Positions 57,401 through 64,000 of a DNA stretch of 64,000 nt are shown piece after piece. Location of the stretch: the NCBI GenBank assembly GCA_964057225.1, contig OZ059895.1, positions 22,382,001-22,446,000 on the forward strand. Direction: 5' to 3'. Numbering within the stretch: position 1 is the stretch's first letter; each line of letters starts with the position of its first letter. A program made the position numbers and the translations under genes. This DNA comes from Auanema rhodensis (Eukaryota; Animalia; Nematoda). Below the pieces are notes generated by a model that saw only the letters and a program-made list of their open reading frames with translations, was not told the origin of the DNA and made no database searches.

Positions 57401-60288
57401 ATGACTTTGAAATTTACGTGAACTTTAATTTATGCTAATTAAGTGTACACATGATGTGCGCTTGGTATGTAACTCGCTTCACGTGAAAGATAAAGAGATG
57501 CGGTTTTCAAAATTAGATTCCTCATGTCCATACTAGTCTAAAAACGAATTTTTATTGATATTGATGCATGGTAACCATGACTTTGAAATTTACGTGAACT
57601 TTAATTTATGCTTATTAAGTGTACACGTGATGTGCACTTGGTATGTAACTTGCTTCACGTGAAAGATAAAGGGATGCGGTTTTCAAAATTAGATTCCCCA
57701 TGTCCATATTAGTCTAAAAACAAATTTTTGTTGATATTGGTGGATGGTAACCATGACTTTGAAAATTACGTGAACTTTAATTTATGCTTATTAAGTGAAC
57801 ACATGATGTGCACTTGGTATGTAACTCGCTTCACGTGAAAGATAAAGAGATGTGGTTTTCAAAAAAGATTTCCCATGTCCATATTAGTCTAAAAACAAAT
57901 TTTTATTAATATTGGTGCAAGGTAACCATGACTTTGAAATTTACGTGAACTTTAATTTATGCTAATTAAGTGTACACATGATGTGCGCTTGGTATGTAAC
58001 TCGCTTCACGTGAAAGATAAAGAGATGCGGTTTTCAAAATTAGATTCCCCATTTCGATATTAGTCTAAAAACAATATTTTATTGATATTGGTGCATGGCA
58101 ACCATGACTTTAAAATTTACGTGAACTTTAATTTATGCTAATTAAGTGTACACATGATGTGCACTTGGTATGTAACTCGCTTCACGTCAAAGATAAAGAG
58201 ATGCGGTTTTCAAAATTAGATTCCCCATGTCCATATTAGTCTAAAAACGAATTTTTATTGATATTGATGCATGGTAACCATGACTTTGAAATTTACGTGA
58301 ACTTTAAATTATGCTAATTAAGTGTACACGTGATGTGCACTCGGTATGTAACTTGCTTCACGTGAAAGATAAAGGGATGCGGTTTTCAAAATTAGATTCC
58401 CCATGTCCATATTAGTCTAAAAACAAATTTTTGTTGATATTGGTGGATGGTAACCATGACTTTGTAATTTACGTGAACTTTAATTTATGCTAATTAAGTG
58501 TACACGTGATGTGCACTTGGTATGTAACTCGCTTCACGTGAAAGATAAAGAGATGCGGTTTTCAAAATTAGATTCCTCATGTCCATATTAGTCTAAAAAC
58601 GAATTTTTATTGATATTGATGCATGGTAACCATGACTTTGAAATTTACGTGAACTTTATTTTATGCTAATTAAGTGTACACATGATGTGCGCTTGGTATG
58701 TAACTCGCTTCACGTGAAAGATAAAGAGATGCGGTTTTCAAAATAGATTCCCCATGTCCATATTAGTCTAAAAACGAATTTTTATTGATATTGATTCATG
58801 GTAACCATGACTTTGAAAATTACGTGAACTTTAATTTATGCTAATTAAGTGTACACATGATGTGCGCTTGGTATGTAACTCGCTTCACGTGAAAGATAAA
58901 GAGATGCGGTTTTCAAAATTAGATTCCCCATTTCGATATTAGTCTAAAAACAATATTTTATTGATATTGGTGCATGGCAACCATGACTTTAAAATTTACG
59001 TGAACTTTAATTTATGCTAATTAAGTGTACACATGATGTGCACTTGGTATGTAACTCGCTTCACGTCAAAGATAAAGAGATGCGGTTTTCAAAATTAGAT
59101 TCCCCATGTCCATATTAGTCTAAAAACGAATTTTCATTGATATTGATGCATGGTAACCATGACTTTGAAATTTACGTGAACTTTAAATTATGCTAATTAA
59201 GTGTACACGTGATGTGCACTCGGTATGTAACTTGCTTCACGTGAAAGATAAAGGGATGCGGTTTTCAAAATTAGATTCCCCATGTCCATATTAGTCTAAA
59301 AACAAATTTTTGTTGATATTGGTGGATGGTAACCATGACTTTGTAATTTACGTGAACTTTAATTTATGCTAATTAAGTGTACACGTGATGTGCACTTGGT
59401 ATGTAACTCGCTTCACGTGAAAGATAAAGAGATGCGGTTTTCAAAATTAGATTCCTCATGTCCATATTAGTCTAAAAACGAATTTTTATTGATATTGATG
59501 CATGGTAACCATGACTTTGAAATTTACGTGAACTTTAATTTATGCTAATTAAGTGTACACATGATGTGCACTTGGTATGTAACTCGCTTCACGTCAAAGA
59601 CAAAGAGATGCGGTTTTCAAAATTAGATTCCCCATGTCCATGTTAGTCTAAAAACAAATTTTTATTAATATTGGTGCATGGTAACCATGACTTTGAAATT
59701 TACGTGAACTTTAATTTATGCTAATTAAGTGTACACATGATGTGCGCTTGGTATGTAACTCGCTTCACGTGAAAGATAAAGAGATGCGGTTTTCAAAATT
59801 AGATTCCTCATGTCCATACTAGTCTAAAAACGAATTTTTATTGATATTGATGCATGGTAACCATGATTTTGAAATTTACGTGAACTTTAATTTATGCTTA
59901 TTAATTGTACACGTGATGTGCACTTGGTATGTAACTTGCTTCACGTGAAAGATAAAGGGATGCGGTTTGCAAAATTAGATTCCCCATGTCCATATTAGTC
60001 TAAAAACAAATTTTTGTTGATATTGGTGGATGGTAACCATGACTTTGTAATTTACGTGAACTTTAATTTATGCTAATTAAGTGTACACGTGATGTGCACT
60101 TGGTATGTAACTCGCTTCACGTGAAAGATAAAGAGATGCGGTTTTCAAAATTGGATTCCTCATGTCCATATTAGTCTAAAAACGAATTTTTATTGATATT
60201 GATGCATGGTAACCATGACTTTGAAATTTACGTGAACTTTAATTTATGCTTATTAAGTGTACACGTGATGTGCACTTGGTATGTAACT
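51456..60288. repeat. Near-perfect 25-monomer (4398-bp) tandem duplication
   Basis: At least six rare variants recur at exactly +4398: TAAAAGGATG 52741/57139, TCAAAAAAGA 53461/57859, AACCATGATT 55461/59859, TATTAATTGT 55501/59899, GCAAAATTAG 55571/59969 and AATTGGATTC 55751/60149. Confidence 0.92.
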
Positions 60289-63200
60289 TGCTTCACGTGA
60301 AAGATAAAGGGATGCGGTTTTCAAAATTAGATTCCCCATGTCCATATTAGTCTAAAAACAAATTTTTGTTGATATTGGTGGATGGTAACCATGACTTTGA
60401 AATTTACGTGAACTTTAATTTATGCTAATTAAGTGAACACATGATGTGCACTTGGTATGTAACTCGCTTCACGTGAAAGATAGAGAGATGCGGTTTTCAA
60501 AATAGATTCCCCATGTCCATATTAGTCTAAAAACGAATTTTTATTGATATTGATTCATGGTAACCATGACTTTGAAAATTACGTGAACTTTAATTTATGC
60601 TTATTAAGTGTACACGTGATGTGCACTTGGTATGTAACTCGCTTCACGTCAAAGATAAAGGGATGCGGTTTTCAAAATTAGATTCCCCATGTCCATATTA
60701 GTCTAAAAACAAATTTTTATTAATATTGGTGCATGGTAACCATGACTTTGAAATTTACGTGAACTTTAATTTATGCTAATTAAGTGTACACATGATGTGC
60801 GCTTGGTATGTAACTCGCTTCACGTGAAAGATAAAGAGATGCGGTTTTCAAAATTAGATTCCCCATTTCCATATTAGTCTAAAAACGAATTTTTATTGAT
60901 ATTGATGCATGGTAACCATGACTTTGAAATTTACGTGAACTTTAATTTATGCTTATTAAGTGTACACGTGATGTGCACTTGGTATTTAACTTGCTTCACG
61001 TCAAAGATAAAGAGATGCGGTTTTCAAAATTAGATTCCCCATGTCCATATTAGTCTAAAAACAAATTTTTATTAATATTGGTGCTTGGTAACCATGACTT
61101 TGAAATTTACGTGAACTTTAATTTATGCTAATTAAGTGAACACATGATGTGCACTTGGTATGTAACTCGCTTCACGTGAAAGATAGAGAGATGCGGTTTT
61201 CAAAATAGATTCCCCATGTCCATATTAGTCTAAAAACGAATTTTTATTGATATTGATTCAGGGTAACCATGACTTTGAAAATTACGTGAACTTTAATTTA
61301 TGCTTATTAAGTGTACACGTGATGTGCACTTGGTATGTAACTCGCTTCACGTGAAAGATAAAGGGATGCGGTTTTCAAAATTAGATTCCCCATGTCCATA
61401 TTGGTCTAAAAACAAATTTTTGTTGATATTGGTGGATGGTAACCATGACTTTGAAATTTACGTGAACTTTAATTTATGCTAATTAAGTGTACACGTGATG
61501 TGCACTCGGTATGTAACTCGCTTCACGTGAAAGATAGAGAGATGCGGTTTTCAAAATAGATTCCCCATGTCCATATTAGTCTAAAAACGAATTTTTATTA
61601 ATATTGGTGCTTGGTAACCATGACTTTGAAATTTACGTGAACTTTAATTTATACTAATTAAGTGAACACATGATGTGCACTTGGTATGTAACTCGCTTCA
61701 CGTGAAAGATAAAGAGATGCGGTTTTCAAAATTAGATTCCCCATTTCCATATTAGTCTAAAAACGAATTTTTATTGATATTGATGCATGGTAACCATGAC
61801 TTTGAAATTTACGTGAACTTTAATTTATGCTTATTAAGTGTACACGTGATGTGCACTTGGTATGTAACTTGCTTCACGTGAAAGATAAAGGGATGCGGTT
61901 TTCAAAATTAGATTCCACATGTCCATATTAGTCTAAAAACAAATTTTTATTAATATTGGTGCTTGGTAACCATGACTTTGAAATTTACGTGAACTTTAAT
62001 TTATGCTAATTAAGTGAACACATGATGTGCACTTGGTATGTAACTCGCTTCACGTGAAAGATAAAGAGATGTGGTTTTCAAAATAGATTTCCCATGTCCA
62101 TATTAGTCTAAAAACGAATTTTTATTGATATTGATTCATGGTAACCATGACTTTGAAATTTACGTGAACTTTAATTTATGCTAATTAAGTGTACACGTGA
62201 TGTGCACTCGGTATGTAACTCGCTTCACGTGAAATATGAAGAGATGCGGTTTTCAAAATCAGATTCCCCATGTCCATATTAGTCTAAAAACAAATTTTTA
62301 TTGATATTGGTGCATGGCAACCATGACTTTAAAATTTACGTGAACTTTAATTTATGCTAATTAAGTGTACACATGATGTGCACTTGGTATGTAACTCGCT
62401 TCACGTCAAAGATAAAGAGATGCGGTTTTCAAAATTAGATTCCCCATTTCCATATTAGTCTAAAAACGAATTTTTATTGATATTGATGCATGGTAACCAT
62501 GACTTTGAAATTTACGTGAACTTTAATTTATGCTAATTAAGTGTACACATGATGTGCGCTTGGTATGTAACTCGCTTCACGTGAAAGATAAAGAGATGCG
62601 GTTTTCAAAATTAGATTCCCCATTTCCATATTAGTCTAAAAACGAATTTTTATTGATATTGATGCATGGTAACCATGACTTTGAAATTTACGTGAACTTT
62701 AATTTATGCTTATTAAGTGTACACGTGATGTGCACTTGGTATGTAACTTGCTTCACGTCAAAGATAAAGAGATGCGGTTTTCAAAATTAGATTCCCCATG
62801 TCCATATTAGTCTAAAAACAAATTTTTATTAATATTGGTGCTTGGTAACCATGACTTTGAAATTTACGTGAACTTTAATTTATGCTAATTAAGTGTACAC
62901 GTGATGTGCACTCGGTATGTAACTCGCTTCACGTGAAAGATAGAGAGATGCGGTTTTCAAAATAGATTCCCCATGTCCATATTAGTCTAAAAACGAATTT
63001 TTATTAATATTGGTGCTTGGTAACCATGACTTTGAAATTTACGTGAACTTTAATATATGCTTATTAAGTGTACACGTGATGTGCACTTGGTATGTAACTC
63101 GCTTCACGTGAAAGATAAAGGGATGCGGTTTTCAAAATTAGATTCCCCATGTCCATATTAGTCTAAAAACAAATTTTTGTTGATATTGGTGCTTGGTAAC

Positions 63201-64000
63201 CATGACTTTGAAATTTACGTGAACTTTAATTTATGCTAATTAAGTGAACACATGATGTGCACTTGGTATGTAACTCGCTTCACGTGAAAGATAAAGAGAT
63301 GTGGTTTTCAAAAAAGATTTCCCATGTCCATATTAGTCTAAAAACGAATTTTTATTGATATTGATTCATGGTAACCATGACTTTGAAATTTACGTGAACT
63401 TTAATTTATGCTAATTAAGTGTACACGTGATGTGCACTCGGTATGTAACTCGCTTCACGTGAAATATGAAGAGATGCGGTTTTCGAAATCAGATTCCCCA
63501 TGTCCATATTAGTCTAAAAACAAATTTTTATTGATATTGGTGCATGGCAACCATGACTTTAAAATTTACGTGAACTTTAATTTATGCTAATTAAGTGTAC
63601 ACATGATGTGCACTTGGTATGTAACTCGCTTCACGTCAAAGATAAAGAGATGCGGTTTTCAAAATTAGATTTCGCATGTCCATATTAGTCTAAAAACAAA
63701 TTTTTATTGATATTGGTGCATGGTAACCATGACTTTAAAATTTACGTGAACTTTAATTTATGCTAATTAAGTGTACACATGATGTGCGCTTGGTATGTAA
63801 CTCGCTTCACGTGAAAGATAAAGAGATGCGGTTTTCAAAATTAGATTCCTCATGTCCATATTAGTCTAAAAACGAATTTTTATTGATATTGATGCATGGT
63901 AACCATGACTTTGAAATTTACGTGAACTTTAATTTATGCTTATTAAGTGTACACATGATGTGCGCTTGGTATGTAACTCGCTTCACGTGAAAGATACAGA

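Larger units (their letters stand above)
1..64000. repeat. Tandem satellite DNA array, 176-bp monomer, ~364 head-to-tail copies (centromeric/pericentromeric-like; family not recognised)
   Basis: TTAGTCTAAAAAC recurs at 1, 177, 353 and onward to the end of the window. Near-consensus: ATGCTWATTAAGTGTACACRTGATGTGCRCTTGGTATGTAACTYGCTTCACGTSAAAGATAAAGRGATGCGGTTTTCAAAATTAGATTCCCCATGTCCATATTAGTCTAAAAACRAATTTTTRTTRATATTGRTGCATGGTAACCATGACTTTGAAATTTACGTGAACTTTAATTT. ORF-track spacings are multiples of 176 within a few bp (e.g. 11330/11506, 9570/10626). The array runs off both window ends. Confidence 0.99.

Noticed and set aside
1-64000. CRISPR-like array or variable-cassette system
   Set aside because: There are no unique spacers. 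The whole 176 bp is repeated, and no cas, integrase or recombinase genes are present.

Overview
The whole 64-kb window is one uninterrupted head-to-tail tandem satellite array of an AT-rich 176-bp monomer (first monomer 59/176 = ~33.5% GC; ~364 copies), with minority 175-bp and 177-bp variants. All copies are in the same orientation. I saw no transposon insertion, inversion, unique sequence, RNA gene or credible protein-coding gene. The 21 listed ORFs are single monomers in which a TAG was mutated. Monomer length, AT content and organisation resemble eukaryotic centromeric/pericentromeric satellite DNA, but I do not recognise the family or species. The information lies in the variant pattern. 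About a dozen recurrent monomer types form variable higher-order repeats (3- to 8-mers, notably a 1231-bp 7-mer) nested in larger tandem duplications with offsets of 880, 1933, 4047, 4398, 7920 and ~11790 bp. Chimeric junction monomers, a CpG-deamination signature and dense dyad symmetry within the monomer are also visible. I find no support for a novel gene-based system. All structure was read by eye from diagnostic variants, so boundaries are approximate to about one monomer.
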